Origin: a virus
Virus record (IMG/VR): IMGVR_UViG_3300045125_000040
Coordinates: 94,791 to 158,790 of that record
Direction: 5' to 3' (one strand)
Length of the DNA stretch: 64,000 nt
Position 1 is the stretch's first letter. Each line of letters starts with the position of its first letter. This document shows positions 10,357 to 21,321 of the stretch, piece by piece. Under the pieces are notes generated by a model. The model was not told the DNA's origin. It did not search any database and worked only from the letters and a program-made list of their open reading frames with translations. A program made the position numbers and the translations under genes.

Positions 10357-12057
10357 TAAAATTCAAAAAGATACGATGGAAAAATTTTCTTTCAACTGGC
10401 AACGTCTTTACAGAAATTACTCTGAACAGTTCGGAGACTACGCTTATTGTTGGCACGAACGGGGCTGGAAAGTCTACACTTCTAGATGCACTGTCTTTTG
10501 GAATGTTTGGAAAACCATTCCGAAAAATCAACAAGCCTCAACTTCTAAACTCAATCAATCAGAAAAACCTGGTTGTTGAGGTAGAATTTTCTATTGGTAC
10601 AAACGAATACAAAGTCATTCGTGGTATCAAACCAAGTGTCTTTGAAGTCTATAAGAATGATAGTCTATTAAATCAATCTGCAGAATCAAAAGATTACCAA
10701 GAGATCCTTGAAAATCAAATCTTAAAAGTTAATCATAAATCTTTTTGTCAAGTAGTAATCCTTGGCTCTGCAACATTTCAACCTTTTATGCAGCTTCCTG
10801 CTGCACAGAGACGTGATATCATTGAAGATCTATTGGACTTACAGATCTTCTCTACTATGAATGTCTTATTAAAAGATAAAGTTTCTCTTAATAAAGAAGA
10901 ATTAGAATCAATCAATTCTGATAAAAAGGTTCTAGAGTCAAAGATTGAAATGACAAAAGAACATATGAAAGAAATTCAGATCAATAATGAAAAATTGATT
11001 GAGGAGAAGAAAGCTTTAATTAAAGATGCAGATGACCAGATTAAAGAATATACAGAGAAATATAATTTCTTTTTGGACGTTATTACTACTCTAAAACTAG
11101 AGCTTGATGATGATAACTCAATCAAAGATAAACTTAACAAATTATCAAAATTACGCAATCAAATTGAGATTAAAATTGATCTTTTAAACAAAGAAGTAAA
11201 ATTTTTAAATGATCATACTAGTTGCCCAACATGCAAAACAAGATATTGATGAGTTTTTTGAGTGAAGAGTATTGAAAAAATAAAAAAGATATTACTGTTA
11301 AAAAAGATGGGATCAAAAAGCTTAATGAAGAGTATGAAAATCTAAACGATAAACTGAATCAGATTATTAAAAAGAATGATGAAATTCAAAGACATGAAAT
11401 GAAAAAATTGAATTAAGAACATCAATTTCTTCTTTGTCTAGGTATATTGATCAGTTAGATTCAGATATTAAAAGATTGATCTTGTTCATAAAGAAAGATC
11501 AGACACCAAATTATTGGATTATGAAACTGAACTAAAAAGAATTGAAGAGAAATTTAATGAACTAACGGATGAAAAAAACATTCTTTCTGCTGCTTCTGTT
11601 CTATTGAAGGACAATGGCATCAAGTCAAAGATTATTAAACAATATATACCAATTATTAATAAACTTATTAATAAGTATCTCGCTTCAATGGATTTCTTTG
11701 TATCCTTTGAATTAGATGAAAATTTCAATGAGGTAATCAAGTCAAGGTATAGGGACGAATTTACTTATGCATCTTTTTCAGAAGGTGAAAAACAAAAGAT
11801 TGACTTGGCTCTTTTGTTCACGTGGAGAGCAGTTGCAAAGTTAAGAAATTCTATTAATACAAATCTATTAATTATGGATGAAGTATTTGATTCTTCTCTG
11901 GATCAAAATGCAACGGATTATCTAATGACATATCATACGTGAAGTTTCTAATGACAATAATATAATTGTTATATCACATAAGGAACATATGAATGAGAAA
12001 TTTACAAATGTTATCAAGTTTGTGAAACATAAAAGTTTCTCAGAGATAGGAGAATAA
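10353..12057 (+). CDS. 46: Recombination ATPase gp46 (Rad50/SbcC-like; rejoined)
   Basis: WKNFLSTGN, GTNGAGKST, CPTC hook, FSEGEK, IMDEVFDSSLD. Confidence 0.95.
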
Positions 12058-12063
12058 TACGAC

Positions 12064-12533
12064 ATGAATTTAAATAATACATATTTATTAGAACCATGTG
12101 AATCTTTTGATTTTAAAATCCTCCATTTGATGCTATTCAATATGCACAAACTTTAATGAAGTTTATGTATGAAAAGAATGCACTTGGCTTGGCAGCGAAT
12201 CAGGTAGGAACACCATACAGAATTTTTGCTATGAGAGGGTCTCCAGAAAATTTCGTATGTTATAATCCAAGGATTGTAGAAAAAAGTCAAAAAGAAATAG
12301 TTTTAGAAGAAGGGTGTTTATCATATCCTAATTTAATTATTAAGATAAAAAGACCGGAATCAATTAGAGTCAGGTTCTCAACACCTAATGGCGATACTAT
12401 AACAAAACAATTCACGGGAATGACCGCCAGAGTATTTCAACACGAATATGATCATTTAGAGGGTATTCGTTTTTATGATAAAGCTAATAGATTTCACCGT
12501 GACCAAGCTATGAGAAAGTGGAAAAATAAATGA
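12064..12533 (+). CDS. def: Peptide deformylase
   Basis: GLAANQVG, EGCLS, QHEYDHLEG motifs. Confidence 0.93.
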
Positions 12534-13231
12534 AAGAAGATCATTTTACACAAGACGAAATTGATGAAATGATTTCAGATTATGAAAATCTGTCTAAAAA
12601 AATCATCACTATAAATCTTAATGATACTCCAACAGATTTTGTTTGGCCAAAACATGATGTTGAATGTATTTCAGTTTTGTTGCATGATTGGCCCAATCAT
12701 AATAAAGCACTTGATAAACATGTTAAAGATGGTAACGCAGTATTAATTGCTGGAGGTAATGCAGGTCTTTATCCGTTTTTTTATTCATTAAGATTTAAAA
12801 AAGTATATACATTTGAACCAGAAATTTTGAATTTCTCATGTCTAGTAGATAATTGTAAATCCGCTAATGTGATAAAATTTAATGCAGGTCTTTCTGATAA
12901 ATCAGAATTTGTTGGATTTCATTTATCTCTTAATAATAATGGAATGCATCGTATAACTGATACCAAGTCTGAATCTGCTTTTGAAATTTTTACATTAACA
13001 ATTGATTCTTTAAATATCCCTGAATTGTCTTTAATTCATCTGGATACAGAAGGATGTGAATTAAAAATATTTAAAGGTGCTATTGAGACTATAAAGAGAT
13101 GTAAACCAATCATTTTAACTGACCTGACAGTTGATGAAGAAGAAATAACTAAATTATTGACTGAACTTGGTTATGATAAAAAAGAAGAATATGGCATAGA
13201 AAAGACTGCCATCTTTGTTCCCAAGGAGTGA
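12530..13231 (+). CDS. FkbM-family methyltransferase
   Basis: AGGNAGLY, YTFEP, IHLDTEGCE. Confidence 0.8.
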   Translation: MKEDHFTQDEIDEMISDYENLSKKIITINLNDTPTDFVWPKHDVECISVLLHDWPNHNKALDKHVKDGNAVLIAGGNAGLYPFFYSLRFKKVYTFEPEILNFSCLVDNCKSANVIKFNAGLSDKSEFVGFHLSLNNNGMHRITDTKSESAFEIFTLTIDSLNIPELSLIHLDTEGCELKIFKGAIETIKRCKPIILTDLTVDEEEITKLLTELGYDKKEEYGIEKTAIFVPKE

Positions 13232-13363
13232 TTATGAAATATTTTCCATTTGACACATTAAATAAAATGGTTTATTATCAAGCCAAATTCGAAGAAACTT
13301 TTTATTAGTTTTTATTCTATTGGTCATTTTTACTTTAATTAAAATTTTTAATTTATTTGACAA

Positions 13364-13555
13364 ATGACAATAGAAAAATTTTTAAATTATTGTGAATATT
13401 CTAATATTCAAATCGCACTAGACTTAAACCCATTCACATGGGGGTTTAAATATTATTATACTGGTCCAGATGATTTAGACCCCGGAATGTATTATTTGAC
13501 ATTTAAATTTATTTGTGTTAGAATGACATTTCTATTCGATGATGGGAGTTGGTAG
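13364..13555 (+). CDS. Hypothetical protein
   Basis: 63-aa ORF overlapping the next start. Confidence 0.5.
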   Translation: MTIEKFLNYCEYSNIQIALDLNPFTWGFKYYYTGPDDLDPGMYYLTFKFICVRMTFLFDDGSW

Positions 13556-14099
13556 TGAACATTTTCTATATTGATCATGACCCTGTTCAGGCTGCACAGT
13601 GGATGGTAGACAAGCATGTTGTTAAGATGATTCTTGAATCAGCACAACTATTGTCTACTGCCCATCGTGTTCTTGATGGCATGGAAAGTATTGGAACAAG
13701 TCCTTCTGGAAGAAGTAAAAGATATGGGAGTTATTTGATGCTCGTGAACCAATTGTTTATCAAGCTACGCATATTAATCATCCATCTGCTGTATGGTGCC
13801 GCAGTAGCATCCAGAATTATGATTGGTTGGTAGAACACATGTTTGCTCTTATGGAAGAGTATACACATCGTTATAATAAAACTCATAAGTGTTATGGTGA
13901 ACTATCATACACTCTTCAGTCACCTCCCAAGAATCTACAGGAATATGACTGGACTCCTATGCCATCTTGTATGGACGAACAGTATATAATCTCAAATGAT
14001 CCCATAATTAATTACAGGAATTACTATATAAACGGTAAAACCAATCTTCATAAATGGACAAATCGTGAGGCACCACTTTGGATCTCAAGCCAACATTAA
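13555..14099 (+). CDS. Pyrimidine-dimer glycosylase/DenV-related protein (rejoined)
   Basis: NIFYID.DP..AA....DKHVVKMILESAQLLST, THINHPS, EYTHRY.K.H, YRNYY. Confidence 0.75.
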
Positions 14100-14656
14100 T
14101 TATTGATGATTTAATCCCATCAGATAAACAACAAGAATTTCATGACATCATCATGTCTCAAAGAGCATGGTGTTTTGTTAAGGATATGACATATTCACGT
14201 GGAGATGTAAAATATCCATCATACGGATTTAATATGTTGTTTAAACATCCAGAATATGGTATAATGTCTGAATTGTATGAGGCCGTGTCAGTTCCTATTA
14301 TTAATGCTCTATTGGAAAAGACAGACATATCTATCAATGACATATTTTTCAATAGAGCGTTTCTTCAATTGCCTTTGTCTCCTTCGTTTTATAAAGGTCA
14401 AAATGGTCTTCATGTTGATTTGGCAGAACCACATTATGCATGTGTATACTATCTAAATGATAGTGATGGAGATACAATTATTATGGAACAATCTACTGTA
14501 GATACTGCTCCTGGTTCTCAAGGCGTTGATGTTAAAATTCATAGAAGCGTAACACCAAAAAAGGGTAGGATGGTTATCTTTGATGGTCGGAGATATCATT
14601 GTTCAAGCCAACCAAAAGAAAATTATCGTGCAATAATAAACTTTGATTTAACTTAA
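14078..14656 (+). CDS. 2OG-Fe(II) oxygenase superfamily protein
   Basis: HVD, YYLNDSDGDT, PKKGRMVIFDG..YHCS, R..INF. Confidence 0.85.
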   Translation: MDLKPTLIIDDLIPSDKQQEFHDIIMSQRAWCFVKDMTYSRGDVKYPSYGFNMLFKHPEYGIMSELYEAVSVPIINALLEKTDISINDIFFNRAFLQLPLSPSFYKGQNGLHVDLAEPHYACVYYLNDSDGDTIIMEQSTVDTAPGSQGVDVKIHRSVTPKKGRMVIFDGRRYHCSSQPKENYRAIINFDLT

Positions 14657-14659
14657 AGG

Positions 14660-15052
14660 ATGTATAATATGAATATGTTCCAAGATGTGAAAGAATTTCA
14701 AACACTTATGGGTCAACTTGTAGGAACAAGACCAGAGTTTCCTGATGGTCCAGAACGTGCTCTACGTATGAGACTTCTAGAAGAAGAAATGAAAGAATAC
14801 GAACAGGGTGAGTATAATAATGACCTCGAAAACATCGCTAAAGAGCTTGCTGATATTATTTACATTGTCTGTGGCACTGCTGTATCCTATGGAATCCCTC
14901 TTGACGAAGTATTTGCCGCCGTCCATGCGAGTAACATGGCAAAACTAGTTGATGGTAAACCCATTCGTCGTGAAGATGGTAAGATTCTAAAACCAGAAGG
15001 TTGGACTCCACCAAACATCAAGGCTATTTTATATGACAAGGAAGGTGATTGA
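14660..15052 (+). CDS. MazG-like NTP pyrophosphohydrolase (PRA-PH/DR2231-like)
   Basis: LLEEE..E, KELADIIY, VHASNMAK, REDGKILKP. Confidence 0.85.
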   Translation: MYNMNMFQDVKEFQTLMGQLVGTRPEFPDGPERALRMRLLEEEMKEYEQGEYNNDLENIAKELADIIYIVCGTAVSYGIPLDEVFAAVHASNMAKLVDGKPIRREDGKILKPEGWTPPNIKAILYDKEGD

Positions 15053-15408
15053 TGAAGACTATTATATATGATGAATCCGGATTTTCAATTGGTGAGGTGG
15101 GACCATTGTTAAATACAAATACGCATAATATTGAATATAAATATGCAGAAGATAAAATCATTGCAGACTTCAAGTCATACATTGATAAGACTTACCAAGA
15201 GCATTACAAAACCGACAATGACAAAGGTATTGAGTGCTTTGACGCTTGGATTGCTCTTGGGAACTCTTCAAGTTCATTTCGTGATACTGCTATCAAGTAT
15301 CTTTGGAGATATGGTAAGAAGAATGGACTAAATAAGAATGACCTACTCAAAGTAATACATTATGCTTTGATGATGTTATATGTAGATCATTATAAGGATC
15401 ATAAATGA
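15052..15408 (+). CDS. DUF3310-like protein
   Basis: YI..TY..HY, IKYLWRYGKKNG...DLLKVIHY. Confidence 0.7.
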   Translation: MKTIIYDESGFSIGEVGPLLNTNTHNIEYKYAEDKIIADFKSYIDKTYQEHYKTDNDKGIECFDAWIALGNSSSSFRDTAIKYLWRYGKKNGLNKNDLLKVIHYALMMLYVDHYKDHK

Positions 15409-15618
15409 AATCTATTGATGAACATAATAAGAAAGAATAAATTCTTTCAGAGTGTTAGAAAAAGTTGGAACTGGTATTCAATGTCCTCAATGTGGTGATG
15501 AATTATTAGAAACTAATCCCGGCACATTATTGATGTCAAATCCTCCACAGAAAAATGTTCATTGTCCCACTTGTAAATATAAAAGTTATATTATAGCATA
15601 AAGAAAGGGTGAATAATA

Positions 15619-16639
15619 ATGGAAATTAAAATCCCAATTGAAAAGTTACGTGAGAGAAAGCTTTTTGTAGCCACGCCAATGTATGGTGGACAGTGCGCCG
15701 GTATGTTTGCCAAGTCATGTGCAGATTTATCAGCTATTTGCACACAGTATGGAATTCCTCTACAGTATTATTATCTCTTCAACGAATCACTAATTACACG
15801 TGCTCGTAATTATTGTTGCGATGAATTCATGCGTTCTGAAGCAGAACATATGATGTTTATTGATTCTGATATTGGTTTCAACCCACAAGACGTTATTGCT
15901 CTTATGGCGCGCTACAGGCTAATGATGAAGAAAAGTATGATATCATTGGCGGTCCATATCCCAAAAGTGTATTTCTTGGGAAAGGTAAAACACGCTGTTG
16001 ATAAGGGTATCGCTGATGACGATCCAAATATTCTAGAAAGATTCGTTGGTGATTATGTTTTCAATCCCAAGGGTGGTCAGCAATCTATCCCACTCCAATG
16101 AACCAGTAGAAGTTCTTGAGAGTTGGAACAGGATTTATGATGGTCACTAAGAAGGCCATGCAGAAGTTTTATGATGCTTATAAGGATCAGTATTCATATA
16201 AGCCAGATCATGTTCGCACAGAACATTTTGATGGTTCAAGAGAAATTCTACAATTTTCCAGGCAGAGGTTGACCAAATCGACTTTGGGCGTTATTATGAG
16301 TCTGAAATGAAGCGGTTGGCTTCTCTAAAGCTAAATGATCCAGATGCTATTCAGAAAGAAATCACAAAGATTTTTGATACAGCAAAGGAACTTAATAGCA
16401 AAAAGTCAAAGCGTTATCTTTCAGAGGATTATTGGTTCTGTCAGAAGGCACAAGATATTGGTCTTAAGACATGGTTCTGTCCATGGATGAAGATGCAGCA
16501 TGTTGGAACTTATATATTTGGTGGATCATTGGCTGACTTGGCTCAGATTGGTGCTTCTGCAACTGCTGATCCGAGGTGCTATTGGCGGGAAGCCAAAGAA
16601 AAAGAATTAAGATTGAAGGGGTTATATTATGAAAATTGA
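15619..16639 (+). CDS. Conserved GT-A-fold glycosyltransferase-like protein (rejoined)
   Basis: FVATPMYGG, NESLITRARN, FIDSDI (DxD), GTGFMM, RYLSEDYWFC. Confidence 0.7.
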
Positions 16640-17284
16640 TGCTGATACTATCAATGTGTTGAAGAGTTTTTCTAAAATCAATCCTTCTATTGTGTTTTCA
16701 GAGGGAAATATCATAAAGTCAACATCTCCCAAGAAGTCTGTTAAGGCTATTGCCAGAGTCAAGACTAACTTTCCCAAGAGATTTGCAATCTATAATCTGG
16801 ATCGTTTCATTGGTATTCTTAGTACTTTTAATGATCCAGATATGGAATTTAATGATACTTCTGTTATTATTTCTGATAATAATAAGAAAATCAATTATGT
16901 ATATGCTGATGAAAGCACATTAAAAATCTTTGACAAAAGAAATTCCTTTTCCGTCGCCTTATATCACATGCACAGTTACAAATGAAAATTTGAAAGATGT
17001 AGAAAAAGGCGGCGGGTATTTTGGCGTTTCCTGAAATTGTTATTTCTGGTGATGGAAGTAACCTATATATTCAGGCAATGAATTCGGCTAATCCATCAGC
17101 GGATGTTTATTCAATTAACATTGGATATACTGACAAGGTGTTTAGGGCTGTGTTTAATTGTGAGAATATTAAATTTCTACCAAGGAATTATGAAGTTAAT
17201 ATTGCATCATCAGGAATTGCACATTTCGTAAGTGAAGATGTTGAATATTATATTGTGATTGAAGCAAAACCTTCAATGTTCTGA
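16629..17284 (+). CDS. 45: Sliding clamp gp45 (rejoined)
   Basis: T.NVLKSFS.IN.S, FAIYNL..F, YYIVIE; precedes 44/62/regA. Confidence 0.88.
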
Positions 17285-17326
17285 TGGGGGTTATTCCCCC
17301 ATTTTATATTATGATGGAGATATAGT

Positions 17327-18263
17327 ATGAATGAAGAATTCTTGTGGGTAGAAAAGTATCGCCCTAAGACTATTGAAGACACGGTTCTTCCATGTGATCT
17401 TAAGAAAACTTTCAGCTGTTTGTTTATCAGAAGAATATTCCAAATTTGATTCTATCAGGCACATCAGGTATTGGTAAGACTACCGTTGCACGTGCTATGC
17501 TGGAGCAGTTGGAGTGTGATTATATTGTAATTAATGGATCTATGAATGGAAACATCGACACTCTCAGAAACGAAATCCTCAACTTTGCCTCAAGCGTCAG
17601 TTTTTCTGGTGGAAGAAAATACGTCATCCTTGATGAGGCAGACTACCTCAATGCCAACTCAACACAACCTGCACTCCGTAACTTTATGGAGGAGTTCTCC
17701 AGAAACTGTGGTTTCATTCTCACTTGTAACTTCAAGAACCGTATTATCGAACCGCTCCACTCAAGGTGTTCGGTAATTGATTTCAAGATTAACAAGAAGT
17801 CAATGGCCAAACTTGCTACACAGTTTTTTCAACGTGTCTGTGATATTCTACAGAATGAAAATGTAGAATATGACGAGTCTGTTGTGGCAGAAGTCATTAA
17901 TAAATATTTTCCAGATTGGAGGAGAGTATTAAATGAACTTCAAAGGTATTCTACGATTGGTCGTATTGATTCTGGTATTTTGGTTAATCTACAAGAAACT
18001 TCAATCAAGGAACTTGTTAAATACCTAAAGGACAAGAATTATACAGAAGTTCGTAAATGGGTAAAGAACAATCTTGATACAGACGTAAATGAACTTTTCA
18101 ATCAATTTTATGAAATTTCATCTGAAATCTGTACAAAGCAGACTACCCCTCAACTTGTATTGGACCTAGCGAGGTATCAATACCAACATGCATTGTGGCA
18201 AATCCAGAAATCAATTTTCTTGCTTTCCTTGTTGAGGTCATGATGAACTGTGAGTTTGTCTGA
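17327..18263 (+). CDS. 44: Clamp loader large subunit gp44
   Basis: LWVEKYRP, G.GKTT, ILDEADYL, PLHSRC, FPDWRR. Confidence 0.95.
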
Positions 18264-18645
18264 TGACATATGATTGGAGATATGAAAATAGTATTATAAA
18301 TGGTAAAGAGATTCCCGTTGATGATGATTATTCACAATGGAGAACCAATAGTATCCTTGCTAATCCAAGGATACGGTTTTATATGCGAATGAAATTAACA
18401 TGGTTAATGTTAAGATCAGATGCATTATGACTATTTGTTTAATTCTATTCGTAAGTATAAACGATGGTCTAAGCCATTATCAATACGCAGAAAAAAAGAA
18501 AAAGAGAAAGGAAATGGAGTTAATTTCTTTAATTTCAGAATATTATAAATATAATACACTTCGTGCTAAAGAAGCAATTAAAGTTCTTTCGGCAGAGGAT
18601 ATAGAAATTATAAGAAAAAAATTAGATAAAGGTGGAGTAAAATGA
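18263..18645 (+). CDS. 62: Clamp loader small subunit gp62 (rejoined)
   Basis: YANEIN, HYDYL, EYYKY...KA.EA..VLS, KGG end; synteny. Confidence 0.8.
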
Positions 18646-19042
18646 ATGAATATTTGGACTCTCTAATTGAGGTTAAGATAGCCGAAGAAGAAGATTTTCT
18701 TAAAATAAAAGAAACATTGACCAGGATTGGTGTAGCTTCACGTAAAGAAAAGAAATTATTTCAATCTTGTCATATTTTTCCACAAGCAGGAAAATATTAT
18801 ATTATTCATTTAAAGAAATGTTTATTATTGATGGTAAGCCATCTAATTTTTCTGAGGAAGATAAAGGCCGAAGAAACAAGATTATAAGTCTCCTACAAGA
18901 ATGGGGATTATTGAAGATCGTTGAACCTGAAAGAATTCAGGAACCAATGGCCTCCATGAGTCAGATCAAAATTATCAATCATAAAGAAAAGAATGATTGG
19001 AATTTAGAATCAAAATATAATATGGGCAGAAAAAAGAAGTAA
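18642..19042 (+). CDS. regA: Translational repressor RegA
   Basis: DFLKIKETLTRIGVAS, LFQSCHI, RRNKI..LL.EWGL. Confidence 0.93.
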
Positions 19043-19359
19043 GGATATATTATGGCAAGAAAAGTCAGCCGCTGATTTAAAACTACGGAAAATCTCTCAA
19101 ATTCTATTTCCAGAAACAAAAGTATTTGAGAGAGTAGAAGATAGTTGAAAAAATAAAATATATGGTTGATTATTCAATAGATAACAATCTATACGCAGTT
19201 CTTATTGATCTACAAGAAGGTAATAACACCAAGCTTGTCAGAATACAATTAATAAATGTATTGAGGCTCTTAACAAGGTCAGAGACATTCTAGAAGCCAG
19301 TATGTATTTGGAGAAAGACGCCAGATATATTATGGTGGACATGATAGAGGATAAGAACG

Positions 19360-19596
19360 TTGAAGACATTTAATCCAAATAATTGTGAACAGAAAGAAAT
19401 TTCTTTAGAGTCACTTGACATTTTGGAAAAAATGATAGATACTAGGTTTGAGTATTTGATAGAAAAAATGTATGAGAACCATTCTTATGCATTAAACATA
19501 TATGAAAACAAATACTTACCACAAAAACAAAAAATGTATGAAATTCTCAAAAAGAGATTGACAATACCAAAAATAAGTAGTATACTGTATAAATAA
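19360..19596 (+). CDS. Hypothetical protein
   Basis: 78-aa ORF. Confidence 0.45.
   Translation: MKTFNPNNCEQKEISLESLDILEKMIDTRFEYLIEKMYENHSYALNIYENKYLPQKQKMYEILKKRLTIPKISSILYK
19558..19595 (+). promoter_or_regulatory. Tandem sigma70-type and late promoters
   Basis: TTGACA-N17-TATACT followed by TATAAATA (19588-19595). Confidence 0.7.
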
Positions 19597-19619
19597 TCGA
19601 GATTGAAGGAGATTATAGT

Positions 19620-19826
19620 ATGGGTGATGTGAATATTAATACAGTATCTAACATGTTTTCTGCGGTAAATGATAGCGTAACACTATATCGTTTTGAAAAT
19701 GGTTGGATGGTTGAGATCAATGGACGAGATCACTTTGATGAATGGCCAACAATAAAGATTGTCTGCTCTGATCTAAAAAGTGTCTTGACTCTTCTAGAAG
19801 AATATAGTAAGATTAAACTCACTTAA
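19620..19826 (+). CDS. Hypothetical protein
   Basis: 68-aa ORF with strong RBS. Confidence 0.6.
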   Translation: MGDVNINTVSNMFSAVNDSVTLYRFENGWMVEINGRDHFDEWPTIKIVCSDLKSVLTLLEEYSKIKLT

Positions 19827-19847
19827 ATCTTGAAACGGAGATATACA

Positions 19848-20022
19848 ATGGACGGTATTCAGATTCAGATGCAAGATCCCTCCGGTAACTGGAGAACGTA
19901 TAATCTCACAACGAATTTTTCCATGCCAGATTCGTATGGAAATGGAGAATCTTCGGCGTCAGTTCCCTGAAAGCAGGGTACGTGCCGTTGATATGAACGG
20001 TCGGCTAATCGACATTCTTTAA
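19848..20022 (+). CDS. Small hypothetical protein (frameshifted)
   Basis: RBS GGAG; ends RVRAVDMNGRLIDIL. Confidence 0.5.
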
Positions 20023-20041
20023 CATGAAAGGGTAATATATA

Positions 20042-20261
20042 ATGACAAAGTATCAGAAGGCTTATGATGCACTAGTTAATAAGGGTCTGGAACTAACGAC
20101 GAAGCAGATTACGTCACGTTTTGGTGTTGCTAATCCCTATGACGTGATCTATATGCTCCGTAATAACGGTTTTCAATATTGTCAATGAGAAGGTTACAAA
20201 TCGTAATGGTACAAAGACTTCGAAGTATCGTTACGTAGCCGCAAAGACAAAGAAGCGGTAA
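20042..20261 (+). CDS. Small winged-HTH-like protein (frameshifted)
   Basis: ELTTKQITSRFGVANPYDVIYMLRNNG...KYR. Confidence 0.5.
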
Positions 20262-20265
20262 TATA

Positions 20266-20339
20266 AGCGGGTGGGAGGTATAGTTATCTTGCCGGTTTCA
20301 TACGCCGGTAAAAGTGGGGGCAGTTCCCACCCGCTTCCA
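20266..20339 (+). tRNA. Divergent tRNA with CAT anticodon (Met-like)
   Basis: Acceptor AGCGGGT/ACCCGCT, anticodon arm CCGGT-TTCATAC-GCCGG, CCA end; non-canonical T loop, T stem appears 2 nt short. Confidence 0.6.
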
Positions 20340-20444
20340 ATAATACGAACTTCCTGATTGTATTCTTTTTTTACCTCTATTTCTCGAATACAATTTTCGT
20401 GCAGGTTTTCTGTGATCCTGTGGAAGAAAAACAGACAAGTTTAC

Positions 20445-20520
20445 GGACTCTTAGCTCAGTAGGTAGAGCATCGGACTTTTAATCCGCTGGTCTTGGGTTC
20501 GAACCCCAAAGAGTCCTCCA
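20445..20520 (+). tRNA. tRNA-Lys(TTT)
   Basis: Canonical cloverleaf, CT-TTT-AA loop, GTTCGAA, CCA. Confidence 0.95.
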
Positions 20521-20546
20521 CTATAAATAGGGCAAGGAGATTGCCC

Positions 20547-20748
20547 ATGAGTGTAATTGATTTTACAAAGTTAAAAGAGAAGCAAGAACTTCAGCGTGAA
20601 CTAAAAAGAATGGCAAGAGCGTTTACGTTTGGCTTATGAATATGATTGGAAAGATCCTTCAAGAGCTATCTGCCATTCTGAAGTTAAAAGATTAAAAGAA
20701 CTTTTGGAACCAGAAACAATTATTGACAAGATAAGTAGATTGAGTTAG
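20547..20748 (+). CDS. Small late hypothetical protein (3' end uncertain)
   Basis: TATAAATA at 20522-20529, RBS AGGAG, starts MSVIDFTK. Confidence 0.4.
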
Positions 20749-20751
20749 TAT
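20723..20751 (+). promoter_or_regulatory. Sigma70-type promoter for the tRNA-Asn/ncRNA region
   Basis: TTGACA-N17-TAGTAT. Confidence 0.55.
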
Positions 20752-20753
20752 AT

Positions 20754-20828
20754 TGGAGTGTGGCGCAGCGGTAGCGCAGGTGACTGTTAATCACTTGGTC
20801 GCAGGTTCGAATCCTGCCTCTCCAGCCA
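20754..20828 (+). tRNA. tRNA-Asn(GTT)
   Basis: Cloverleaf, CT-GTT-AA loop, GTTCGAA, CCA. Confidence 0.95.
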
Positions 20829-20830
20829 GT

Positions 20831-20965
20831 TTAGAGAAGGCAGTATCGCATCACGGCTATGGATCTGCGGAGCTATAGCGAGGTCGGGAGATGAACCGTG
20901 AGGAGGCCATCGTAACCTTGGAAACCCGGATACTGAAAAGAGGATGCATACTCGTTCCTTTCTAA
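20831..20965 (+). ncRNA. Candidate structured ncRNA directly after tRNA-Asn
   Basis: GC-rich; nested stems TTAGAGAAGG/CCTTTCTAA, CAGTATC/GATACTG, TCACGG/CCGTGA, GCTAT/ATAGC. Confidence 0.55.
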
Positions 20966-21043
20966 TTTAATAGACTATGGGGTGGACGCCATAAATAGTC
21001 CCGTGAGGGTCCACGGTTAGACCCTCCTTTAATGGAGAGAAAG

Positions 21044-21320
21044 ATGAAGAAGTTTTTAATTGTTCTTACGTTTCTTGGTTTAATTGCTGCAACTCCAGCT
21101 AATGCATGAGTATCGCTATGGGTATGGTGGATACTATGGAGGATGGGGTCCAGGTGCAGCAGTTGGTGCGATGGCTGGTGCCGCTATTCTTGGTGGTGTA
21201 ATTGGTGGTGCTATTGCCTCGCAGCCCTATTATGGTGGATATTATAATGGATACTATCCACGTAACTATTACTATTATAATGCTCCTCCTCCTGTTTACA
21301 ACTATTATTATGGATGGTAA
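21044..21320 (+). CDS. Secreted Gly/Tyr-rich small protein
   Basis: Signal peptide MKKFLIVL...TPANA; GAAVGAMAGAAILGGVIGGAIAS glycine zipper. Confidence 0.7.
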
Positions 21321-21321
21321 A

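Noticed and set aside
20831-20965. Assignment as glmS ribozyme, RNase P RNA or cobalamin riboswitch
   Set aside because: Only short word matches (CGAGG, AACCCGG); the required conserved cores are absent
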